Of a stretch of DNA of 64,000 bases, positions 11,701-22,879 are shown piece after piece. The DNA lies in the NCBI RefSeq assembly GCF_016432865.1, contig NC_067402.1:187984001-188048000 (forward strand), read 5' to 3'. The stretch is from Antechinus flavipes. Its lineage: Eukaryota. Every line of letters starts with the position of its first letter. Positions within the stretch are counted from its first letter, which is position 1. The position numbers and the translations under genes were made by a program. The notes under the pieces were generated by a model that was given only the letters and a program-made list of their open reading frames with translations, searched no databases and was not told the origin of the DNA.

Positions 11701-13926
11701 TCTCCAAAAAGCCCAGAATTCAGAATCAGAATCTTTTAGTCCTGGGTTTTAATTCAGTTTCTTATCTTGCTGTGNNNNNNNNNNNNNNNNNNNNNNNNNN
11801 NNNNNNNNNNNNNNNNNNNNNNNNNNNNNNNNNNNNNNNNNNNNNNNNNNNNNNNNNNNNNNNNNNNNNNNNNNNNNNNNNNNNNNNNNNNNNNNNNNNN
11901 NNNNNNNNNNNNNNNNTCTCTCTTCTTTCTCACATATCTCTCTCTGTCTCTGTCTCTATCTCTGTCTCTCTCAGTCTCTTTCTGTCTCTGACTCTGTCTC
12001 TAGGTCTCTTTTTCTCTATGTGTCTCTGTCTGTCTGTCTGTCTGTCTCTCTCCCTGGCTTTCTGTCTCAGTTTTCTTTAGCTGTCAAATGGGGATATCTT
12101 TCCCCAGAGCCACCTTACTTGGCTGTTTTGAGAAGAAAATGAATCAATGCAAGTGAAAGAGCTTTGAAAGTTATATAGTGCTACATACATATAGACACTG
12201 TTGTTTTCACTATTGTCCTATCTCTTATTGTCCAAGTACTTAGTTTCTGTCTCTTGCTCTCTTCAGCTATATCCCAGGAATCACCACATAAGAAACTGTG
12301 CTGTGATGTGCTGGGCCCCATAATCCCTGGGCTGAACCTGAGATGGGTGCTAGAAAACCGGACAGAAATAAACCTGAATGTTTCAGAGAAGCAAAGGGAG
12401 CTGCAGGTGGACAAACCAAAATCTGGGACATGGGAATGCCAATTGTTCCTCCAAGATAAGAAACAACTTAATTCAGATTCCTTCAAATTGAGTAAGAAAC
12501 CAATTCCCTTCCCCTCTTTCTCTCTGCCCCTGCTCCAATGGCTCAATTTTCACAAGAATACAAGGAGCAATCCCACTCAGCCATGCTAACCTCCCACCAT
12601 TTTACCACCATTTAGTAGCAACTACTACCTCTCTGGAAGTCTCAGCTAACTCCTTCCTGCTGGGACCTGAGAATCCCATTTCCCAGTCTGATACTCTATG
12701 CTCCATCTTTCTACCCCTCCTCTTTCCTGAATCCTTCTTGGTGTTCAAGACTATGGACTAGAAAGTGAGAAGGCTTCTGGGTATGTCTCTTCTCTAGCAG
12801 CAAAGCAGGAGTGGTATCTCCCCTTTTATCTGGGCACTGGACTGGGTGCAGGAGCAAGCCTGCTGCTTCTCTTTGGGCTCTCTACCTTCTGTTATGTCAG
12901 ACGAAGACACAGGCTGGTGAGTAAACTTCTTCTCTCCACTTTATCCCAGATTTTCCACCACTTCCCTAACATATCCATACATCCAATTGTCCTAACCCAC
13001 CTCAGCCCATGGAATCACAGACTCCGAGAAAGTTGAAGCAGGAATGGACCTATTGGGTCATCCAGAGAAAATCATTTACCTTCTCTGGGCTTCAATTTTT
13101 CCCTCTATAAAATAAGGTGGGATTGAACTATCTGCCCTTAAGAGCTCACATCTAGCTCTAAATCTACCAACCAAATGTTTTCATTTAAATAGATGAGGAA
13201 TATGAAAACCTAAGGGGTAAAGGGGCTTTGCATTGGAAACTTAGGAATGAATACTTTTATTTTGCAAAATTTATAATTGCTTTCATGTTCCTTACTCCTG
13301 CCTCCTACTTCCTTCTTCCCCCACATCCCAATGTCCTAGATCCAAGCTAGACAGGGAAGAAGTAACAGCAAGCTTATTCTGGGACAGATTGCCTTGGCAA
13401 TAGTAACTCCTGTAGCCTGAAACCTCCTCCTTATAGCCCTACTCTCCACTCAATTGATCTCAGTCTCATGGATCCAAGTTCTTCATGCCTCTCTTTCCTT
13501 TTCCCACCTTTCCTCACTCTCCCTGACAGCGCCGAGCAGAGCGGATGTCTCAGATCAGGAGACTTCTGAGTGAGAAAAAGACCTGCCAGTGTCCCCAGTA
13601 AGTTACAAAAGAGAGAAGAAGATTCTGAAGTAAGGATGAAGATGGAGCTGAGATTGAGGGATTTTTAGGGTTTAGAGAAACATGGCCAAAATGCAAGAGA
13701 GACTGGGCAGATGAAGACAAGAGATGATCCTAGGAGAGAGGGGACTAAGAAGCAAGAAAGGATATGAGATTCACAGAGAAGAGACTCCAGAATATTGGGA
13801 GGAGATGGGGATGGGCGTGGGAAGAGATGTGTATGTAGCAGAAAGAGGGAAAAAAAGGACAGAACTTTCTGAATTGTCCTTAAACCGTCTTTATTTCTTT
13901 TTTTTTTCCTCTCTAGTCATTTTTAG
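8778..13926 (+). CDS. CD4: T-cell surface glycoprotein CD4, 5'-partial (D1 second half, D2, D3, D4, TM, cytoplasmic tail)
   Basis: GT-AG exons: 8778-8936 (GNTKMKDRVDS..YFCEVE..VFK, 159 nt), 9649-9897 (D2), 11155-11502 (D3), 12267-12491 (D4), 12798(or 12801)-12916 (TM, ..FCYVRRRHRL), 13530-13597 (RRAERMSQIRRLLSEKKTCQCP, Lck-binding CxC), 13917-13926 (HHF-stop). Phases 1,1,1,1,0,2 join in frame. No leader or D1a exon found in 1-8777. Confidence 0.96.
11775..11917. other. Assembly gap (143 N)
   Basis: N run in the CD4 D3-D4 intron. Confidence 1.
11918..12062. repeat. CT/CTGT low-complexity tract next to a gap
   Basis: Read directly. Confidence 0.85.
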
Positions 13927-15249
13927 AAAAACTGTAGCCTGAACAGTTGAATATGGAAGGTTTGTCTGATTTGTGAAAATCCTCCATCCCTGCCTCAGCC
14001 TACTGGGAAGAGCAGGGAAGGTGAATGTAGGAGGACTGAGACATTTTGGCTCCCTTGTCCTTCCTAACCTGCCTCCTTATAATAATCGTGGACATTGTCA
14101 ATAGGATGTGCTCCTTATTCTACTGTGCCATGATGCATCCACAACCTGATCTGCAAGTACTCTTTCTTTCCTCCGCGAGCCCTCTAAAAGACTCTGCAGG
14201 TCATTTCATCTTGCCTTTGGGCAGGGGGCAGGATGGCACTTCATTCAATCCAGAAACTGAGAACAGGATGTCTCTGGTTTGTATTTTTCAGCTTTATACC
14301 CTGCAGTCAGAAATGTTCTTAGTCTACACTTACTCTCTCCTGCCACTATGCCTTGCTCTATCTAGTAGCCAAAACAAACTTGTGGGTGTGTAATTAGGTG
14401 TCTCTATCTTCATCTCACCCTATCCAAGCCTAGTAAATATTCATCTTTCTGGTAAGCTCCTTGACAAAAAGGATTGTCAATTGCCTCTTTTTTGTATCCC
14501 CAGCACTTAGCATGTACCTAACAGGCATTCAATAAATGTTTTTGATTTATTTGACTAATTGTTTTCCCTCTTCCCTCATGATCTTGGGACCTCCATCAAA
14601 CTTTTACTGAGTGATTTCTCTCTTTCTCCTTTTCATTTTCCAGGCTAAATGCTAGTAGGAGCCTGGAGAAAGGCCTGAATTATGTTTGTAAACTTGTGAA
14701 GAGGTCTGGGTTGGGTACCTTTATTTCTAGATACTTGGCTATACTTGGTTCTGGGCTGCAATTCTCCATATTTCACCCAACCCTTTTCTTCCTTCAACTC
14801 CCTAAACCTTATCAGGGTTCTAGAATTTGGGGGCTAGAAATCAATCTCTTCCTAGATTGGTTTTTCCCCATGCTCCCTAGACTTTTTCTCCATCTTAATT
14901 TCTATCACTCAACCTCTTCATATATCCATTCTCTTCTTTCCTGCTCAGGAGTGACTCAGGATAGGACCCCTTAACTTTTCCATGCAATGACATTTCCTTT
15001 CTCTTCTGAATTGATGAAAAAAATGAATAAACAATACAAAAAGAATGGATTTTCATCTGATTTTGTTTCTAGCTGGATCTTCCCTGAGGGTTTTGTCAGA
15101 GGGCCAGATTTCTGCTAAGGTGAGAGTTAGGGAACAAACACAAGGAGCCCTCCCTGAAGAAAGGCTTCTAGCCCCTCAGAGGTCAGGAAAAGTGGTCTAG
15201 ATCCTGGAGAAGAAAAAGATTCTTAGATTGGCTAAAGTACTGGGACACT

Positions 15250-16640
15250 GACGAAGATTCCCCAGGGAATCCCCAGTTCATATTAGATCCTTTCAGCTTC
15301 CTAAGGAGTGAGAACTCTCCAGTATACTTTTACTTATTAATAATGGTAATTCTTCAATAATTCAATGGATTTGATCTCATCAATCGGAGTACTTCTTTCA
15401 GTGCAATAGACCAAGGTTCAATCATACCTTTCTTGTTCATGTCCTTTGGTAAATCATCCAGAGATACCTAAAGCCCTGACATTCTTCTTCTAGATCTTCT
15501 GCTATTCTGAAAGGACCAGTGCATTGTTCAGGTTTTTTATATAATTTAATCCTTCCTTCTTGATACAAATGACCAGCTCATTTCCTTTTCTTATCTGTTT
15601 TTTTCTGAATGATATATTTCATATGATTTCTTGTACAGAAGTCATTGTTGGTTATTGTTTGCAGCCTATTTATACTCATTATTGCTTTTGGACTATTTGA
15701 AATTTTTAAGTTTTGGAGATAATGGTGTTTCAAGAGTTGAGGCCACATAGAATTATATAGAATACTTGAAAAACCACAGAGATTGTCCCATAATGTAAAG
15801 TATTATTCTGATGTCTAATAAAGATATGGAGGCAGTCCTTGGTTTTTGAAGGTTAATGCCAGGGAATCAGAAACTTTGGCAGTTTCTATCACATTGGAAG
15901 GTCTTTGAGTATGGCTCTAAAAATGATCTGCTTTATGAGGACCAACCTAGCTCACTACAGAGAGGAACACCACCAGTTATTTCTTATTTGGTAATGAATT
16001 TTCCATGATGGTAACCCATGAAACAAAGAAAAAAATTAAATATGGCCCTCAATCCTCTGTTGGCTATATCCCTTCTCAATGAAAAAATGGTGAAGAAAGG
16101 AGTATGAAGTTCTAAGAAGAATTTATTCTCTAGAACTTCTATACATTTCAAATATATATCATTTTTCCTGACCACCTTGGAAGCATTGGCCTTGTGTGAG
16201 TTCTTCATAAAATAATTTTGAGCAAATAGGGTGGCTTTTCTACCTTTGTATATCTTATGTTTCTTTGGAGCTAATTCATTTCTGCTTTGCTCATAGAGCA
16301 CAGAACCTTCTCTGATGAGAACCTACCACTATGTGGGTAGGCCTGAACCAACGTCTCCATGTCATACAATTAATTCTAAAGTACTTAAGAGAGACCTTGA
16401 GGGTGCCTTTGTATCATTTTTTTCTGATCACCTTGTGAACACTTGCCCTATATGAGTTCTTCATAAAGTAATCTTTTTGGCAAGAATAGATTTGGCCTTT
16501 GAACAATGTGGCCAGCCCAACAAGAGTTGTATTGCACTTTCCTTCGGAATCTCCCAAATACTGATCTCTTTTAAGGTATCTCTTAAGATACCTTTCAAAG
16601 GAAGCAGGAGGTGCACAAAATTAAAGAAGCTGCCCCAAAT
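15250..16640 (-). mobile_element. Degenerate RTE-clade LINE fragments
   Basis: Resembles marsupial RTE sequence in reverse orientation; recognised by eye, boundaries approximate. Confidence 0.45.
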
Positions 16641-16859
16641 GTTAATATGGACTATTTGTGTCCAATCTGTAACAGAGTATTCTGAGTTTGTATTAGTCTA
16701 ACCAGCTACAGTTGGACACACTGTAACTCGACTCTAACATAATGATGTCATTTTTGGTACTCTTCAAGAACAAAGGACAACAGCCAACCAAATTTCAAAT
16801 AAACTTTCAGAACACTAAATATGAGATTCTTATCCAATGACATGCTGTGGACATAATGT

Positions 16860-18830
16860 TGGAGGAAATTATATATTTATATGATATTCTTGATACAAAC
16901 GGCACTACAAGTGGAACCAGTGGAAAGAAAGAAGCTGAAGTTCACATGGAATACCTATCATTCATAGGTATTCATTGAAGAGGCAAGAAATGAGTGAGTA
17001 TTGTCACACATTCAAAGGCACAAGAAACCTCATCTCATGAGATATTTTAAATGACATATTATAGTACCAATGATTAGTATTTGCAAAAAACCACCAAGAA
17101 AATAATTGCACTTTATGCACCAACATTAGTTGAAAAGAAACTTCAAAGAACAATTTTCAGATGGTGAAATTAATGCTATTTAGAGTTATATGAAAAAAAA
17201 ATGCTCTAAATCACTATTGAATAGAGAAATGTAAATTAAAACAACTCTGAGGTACCACCTTACACCTCTCAGATTGGCTAAGATAATGGGAAAGATAATG
17301 ATAAATATTGGAAAGGATGTGGGAAAACTGGGACACTAAGGCATTGTTGATGGAGTTGTGAAATGATCCAAACATTCTGGAGAACAATCTGGAACTATGT
17401 CCAAAGGGCTATAAAACTGTGCAAACCCTTTGACCCAGCAATGTCTCTACTGATCTTATATTCCAAAGAGATTTTAAAAGAGGGAAAAGGACCCATATGT
17501 ACAAAAATATTTGTAGCAACTTTTTTTGTAGTAGCAAAGAATTAGAAAAAGAGTGGATGTCCATTAATTGGGGAATGGCTCAACAAGTTGTGGTATATGA
17601 AGATAATGGAATATTATTGTTCTATAAAAAATGATGAACAAGCTGATTATAGAAAGTCCTGGAAAGATTTACATGAACTGATGCTGCGGGAAACAAGCAG
17701 AATCAAGAATACATTGTATGTATTAAGAGTACAAATGTGCGATGATCAGCTATGAAAGACTTGGTTCTTCTCACTAATTCTGTGATCTAAAGGATTCCCA
17801 ATAAACTGGACAGAAAATGTCATCTGCAACCAGAGGAGACTGAATGTAAATCAACACATGCTATGTTCACTTCTTTTTTCTGTTGGGTTTTTTTTTTTTT
17901 CTCGCATGGTTTTTCCCATTTGTTCTGATTTTTCTCTCCCAACATAATTCATACAACAATGTGTGTTTAAAATAAGTAAACTAAAAAAAAGAAAAGAACC
18001 TGATGAAACCCTCTAGATTAAATCAACATGGTCTGATATTTGTTGATTTTAATGCAAAGAAGGGAAAAGGTGAGGATGGAGAGAAATAAGAGAAAGGAAG
18101 AAATAATGAGAGAGACCAAAGACTTGTAACTTCCACTGCAGTCCTTATGCCTTTGTATCATAATCATTTTCTTTGAGAAAGAAATTGTTTGGTGCTAGCC
18201 TTGGCAAATACCAAATGACATTACAAAAATAACCCATCTAAAAGAGATAAGTAATCAATTCAAAGTTTGACCTGACCATTCATACAGGAAAGATCAAGCA
18301 AAGTATGTTGCTCAGATTACAACCTACATTTGAATGGACAACCTATTGTACTTAGTGCAACAATATGTATATCTAAGATAGATAGTACAGATGGATGATA
18401 TGATGGACACAGAAATGAACACAAAGAGGACAGGCTGAATTGCCTTAGGAAATTGCAAATTCCCTTTAATGACCCAAAGTTTCTGATGAAAGTAAAGATT
18501 CATATTTTTAATACCAGCATTCTGCTGGAGTTGCTGTATATCAGTGAAAGCTAAAATATAATAATCTACATAGAATATCACACAGGTGGCAATGGAAAGG
18601 CACATAATTGGTATAGATGGGCTATAACAATATTCTAACAGATAAGAGCTTCTTTCATGGAAGGTTTGGTTCATTGAAGTCCCCAGGAGATAAATGCATG
18701 AGTTCCCATGTAAGTAGCTGCTCCTACAATTTCCCAATTATATCCTACAGGAAGCTTACTTTCGAGCTTCCTTTTAGTTTAGGGACCATCAATGTTAAAT
18801 CTAGAAACATAAATTATAATTTACATTTAT
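16860..18830 (+). mobile_element. Degenerate RTE-clade LINE (AP endonuclease region), interrupted by the L1
   Basis: IIALYAPT-like motif at about 17102-17125 and DFNAK-like motif at about 18046-18060 flank the L1; a probable 3' remnant lies at about 19880-20215. Boundaries approximate. Confidence 0.6.
17152..17992 (+). mobile_element. 5'-truncated LINE-1 (ORF2 C-terminus, 3'UTR, A-tail)
   Basis: ORF 17363-17545 (FWRTIWNY..PFDPAMSLLILYSKE..CTKIFVATFFVVAKN) resembles the L1 ORF2 C-terminus; A-rich tail; AAAGAAC on both flanks. Confidence 0.85.
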
Positions 18831-21157
18831 GTGTTTTCCAACTTATGTGTAGAATCAATGAGTGAATAAATGAATAAGACATTTGTAGAGTACTTAATAT
18901 GTATAAAGCACTGTGGGATACAAATAGAAAATCAAACGCCCTCGCTCTCAAGGAGTTCATTCTAGTGGGTGAAATAAGACATACAGACGGTCTTAGTGGT
19001 AAGTCAGATGAAAAAGTCCCATTGTTCTTAGGGTACAAAGCAAAGCAGATGGTTATGCAACATCTCTAATGTCATTTCTACTGATAAAATATCAGTTTCT
19101 GATGCTGAATTATTTGATAGTACTAAGGGCTTTGATGACAACTTTCCTTTCTGGGTCTTCAGTAATGTGGCTCTGCACTTGTAGAAGTAACTTGGAAACG
19201 ACTAGGTGATGTAATTATTGTACATCTCTCTTAATGATGGAAAACTGAAACAGGATTCCCATGTCCACCCATCTTTCTCTATTTCATTTAAAAGATCAGA
19301 GACTGCTTCCCAAATTAGTCTCCACAAATTAATCACACAATCAAGATTTTTGCCAGATTTTTGCCTTTACCAGGTATATAGACATAAATAAAAGAGTGCC
19401 ATCAGGAAAAAAAAAAAAAAACATAAGCAGTGGCCACGTTAACTAGAGGGACAAAAGAGATTCCAGTGTCTCCCTCTATCTCCTCCTCTCCAAAGTAACC
19501 AGGAAAGAAGGTAGGGCAATAGCAGGCATTCCCTAGTTCATTTGGGAATTAGATGAGGTTTTACCCTTTAGAAGGAATCTAGAAAAAGTATAACCCTGAG
19601 GCAATTATAACAGTTCAAATCTCATCAAGATGCTGGTTAGTTTGTGTCAATCTGACCATATCCCATCAGTTTCAATTGCTGCCTCCTGTGCCACAGCCCT
19701 TACATGAAACCCAAAAGAAGTATGGAGAGAAATACATCTAGGGATCATCTGTGCACATTTGATTCTCCTCTCATGGAATCTCTTTCAGCTTCTCTTTCCC
19801 AGAAGTCATGATGCTAAGTCAAACCATCATCAAACTGGTGAATTCTGGGATAGAATTTGGCCATTTTTCAGAATCTTGAAATTTCTGTAGCCAATAGCAT
19901 GGGAGCTAAAGAGTTACATATCAGTGAAGAATGTTGAAGAGCAATGGAACTAAAAGATGTCAACATGGAATTGTATGATAGGAAGAGATGACTAATCACA
20001 TGGCAAGAGTGACAGATGAAAGGAGAACATCCAATGCTCTACTGGTACCCTAGAAATATCAGGAGAAATCAAGGGAGGCCTTTTACTAAAGTTGAGTAAA
20101 CTATTTGTGGTTAACTTATATGAGGACATAGACATAGACAAATATCCATGGGCAGGACTGGATGGGTTTTAGTCTGCATTGGGGGTATGAACTCCCACCC
20201 ATTTGGGTAGGATCATGGCAGCATTAATTATCTGTGATGACAAAAAGCTGGGCAATAATTGGTGAATGACAGAACAAAATGGTATGTGAATGCAAAGGAA
20301 TATTACAGTCATGCTAGGAAGGAAGATTATGATTAATAGAAATCTGGGAAGATTTGTATGATGTGATGAAGACAAAACCAAAAAACCCCAAACCAAAACA
20401 AAACAAAGTACACATAATCTCTACACCAATGTAAATAAAGTCCCCCAGTGAATTTGTGGGGAAATTATTACAGGAGGACTTGGGGAGTGAGAGAGGGGAA
20501 GAGTGTATCAGCAAATTGTTTCAAAAGAATTGAGAATGGGACTACGATAACAGAAAATGGAGAAGCGACAAAACTTTGGTCAAATAAAATGATCAAGATT
20601 AGTACCTCATTGTCAAAGTTAGAGGATTTTTTTTATTAACAATAGAAAAATAATTGGAAAGTTCTTTGTAAGAGAGTTGATATATCTATAAATATTGAAA
20701 TATACAAATATAATGACACAGAATATTAAAAAAAAAAAAAGGTAAGGAATAGTTTGGGACTGTTCAGTCATTTCAATCATGTCCTAATTCTTCGTGATCC
20801 CATTTAAGATACTGGAGTGGGTTACCCTTTCTTTCCCCTCATGTTATAGACCAGAAAACTGAGACCAACAGGGTTAAATAGCTTTCCCAGAATCACAGTT
20901 GAATTTGAACTCAGGTCTTCCTGACTCCACCTATGCTCTATTCACCACCTAGCTGCCCAGTTTGGAGTTACATGGTACAATTTTCTGATGAATAATAGTA
21001 ACGAATAACAATAATTTACATGATCTGCTTCACTAGAAGTGACTTCATTTTAAAGATATGAATGCTAAAGCTAGAGAGGGATGAATACTAATAATTAATA
21101 ATTTATATGATAAAATCCATTAAGCCACTTCACTGGAAGCAATCTCATTTTTTTTCT

Positions 21158-21305
21158 TTCCTGAGGCAACTGGGGTTAAGTGACTTGCCCATCATCCCAC
21201 AGCTAGGAAATGTTAGGAAGTGTTAAGTGTCAGAGGCCAAATTTGAACTCAGGTCTTCCTGATTTTAGGGCTGGTACTCTGTCCACTATGCTACGTGGTT
21301 GCCCC
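21158..21305 (-). mobile_element. WSINE1-type short SINE
   Basis: CTGAGGCAACTGGGGTTAAGTGACTTGCCC..TTTGAACTCAGG; near-identical to the copies at 35597, 47981, 31844 and 46762. Confidence 0.75.
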
Positions 21306-22732
21306 TGAAAACTCTCATTTTGAAGTTATGAGTGCTGAAGCTAGAGAGGTTTAACTTGCCTATGACCATACTGCAAGTCTTCTGACTCCAAGTTCTCTGT
21401 CCTTATTATGTACCATATTGTTCTAAAACAGCCCTATAAAACAGGTGCTACAAGAATGATCAAATCTATTTTTCAAATGAAAAAAAGTGAACAAAGGGAA
21501 ACGACCTGCCTGATATCATTTAATCAGATGCCAAGATTTTTTTGACCCCAACCGTGTCTCTTAATTTACTTGGATCTTGGTATCATCATCTATAAAATGA
21601 GGATAGACTGGATTAGATAATCCAGATAATTAAATAATATAATTAGATATATTAATATACAATATATTAAGATATATCTTATGTAATGTAATCTTATATC
21701 AGATAATATGTAATTAGATAATTTAACTCTGATATTCTATAAATTAATGACTCTACACATCTCACCTCCAGAACTCTTTCCACTGACATGTGTTGCCTTT
21801 CTTCTGGTTCAAATGTCTAGACTAAAACAAGAAAGGTGGGATACAATTCTAGAGCTTTGGAAACTAGTTGGCTTGATCAATAATTAATATGCCTTATCCA
21901 GAATTTTTATGATTGATTCTTTTCCCCAAGAGTCAGTCAGCTCGGAGAAGGCATGGGGTAAAGAAGTGGTGAGGGTGGAGCTTGTTTTCCTAATGTGTGT
22001 TGAATGCATGTGAGGATCAATGGGAGACTACATGTCTGTTTGTGTGACTGTCAGAAGATTGGGGTTGGGGTGGGAAACCACGCAGCTATAGGGGAATCAA
22101 AGTATTTGTGTACATTCTTTGTATCCATATTTGGTGGGTCTATATGTTGTTGATAATGTATGTGTAGCACATATTCTCTACCCCCCATACACACACACAC
22201 AAGCCCTCAGACACACTGCACAAGCAACCACAGAACCAATATGGATGTTCCACACTTGCCAACACAACCCGCAGTGCACACATCGTGACACATACCCACC
22301 CATAAGCCATGCCCAGAAACACATGCATATACAGTGACACCAATGACACACATCCTCCTCACCCCCCCTTCCCTGGATACATCCTTTCAGCCCCCACAAA
22401 AAATACCAGCTGCACGCTGCCTCAGAATGTATGTCCGGAGGGAGTGGGAGGTGGGGGGGGGGAGATATACACATCACATCATCAATGAAACTGACCCCCT
22501 CCCTCCAACTCATGGGGCCCTCCTCTTCCCTTCCCTCTGGCTTCAGCCTTTGCTTTCCCCTCTCTAAGTCAGAGCCTTCAGGTCTCCTATCCTATCCTTC
22601 CCTCTAAGAGCCCTCCCTTCCCTCCCCTCCTCCCCCAAAATTAAAAATTCCCTCAGTCACCCTTACTGAGACTGACAGGCAACAGCTAAAGTAAGGAGGG
22701 GGATCCAGAGAGACGGGCAGAGAAAGAGAAAG

Positions 22733-22879
22733 NNNNNNNNNNNNNNNNNNNNNNNNNNNNNNNNNNNNNNNNNNNNNNNNNNNNNNNNNNNNNNNNNNNN
22801 NNNNNNNNNNNNNNNNNNNNNNNNNNNNNNNNNNNNNNNNNNNNNNNNNNNNNNNNNNNNNNNNNNNNNNNNNNNNNNN
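22733..22879. other. Assembly gap (147 N)
   Basis: N run in the presumptive GPR162 promoter/exon 1. Confidence 1.
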
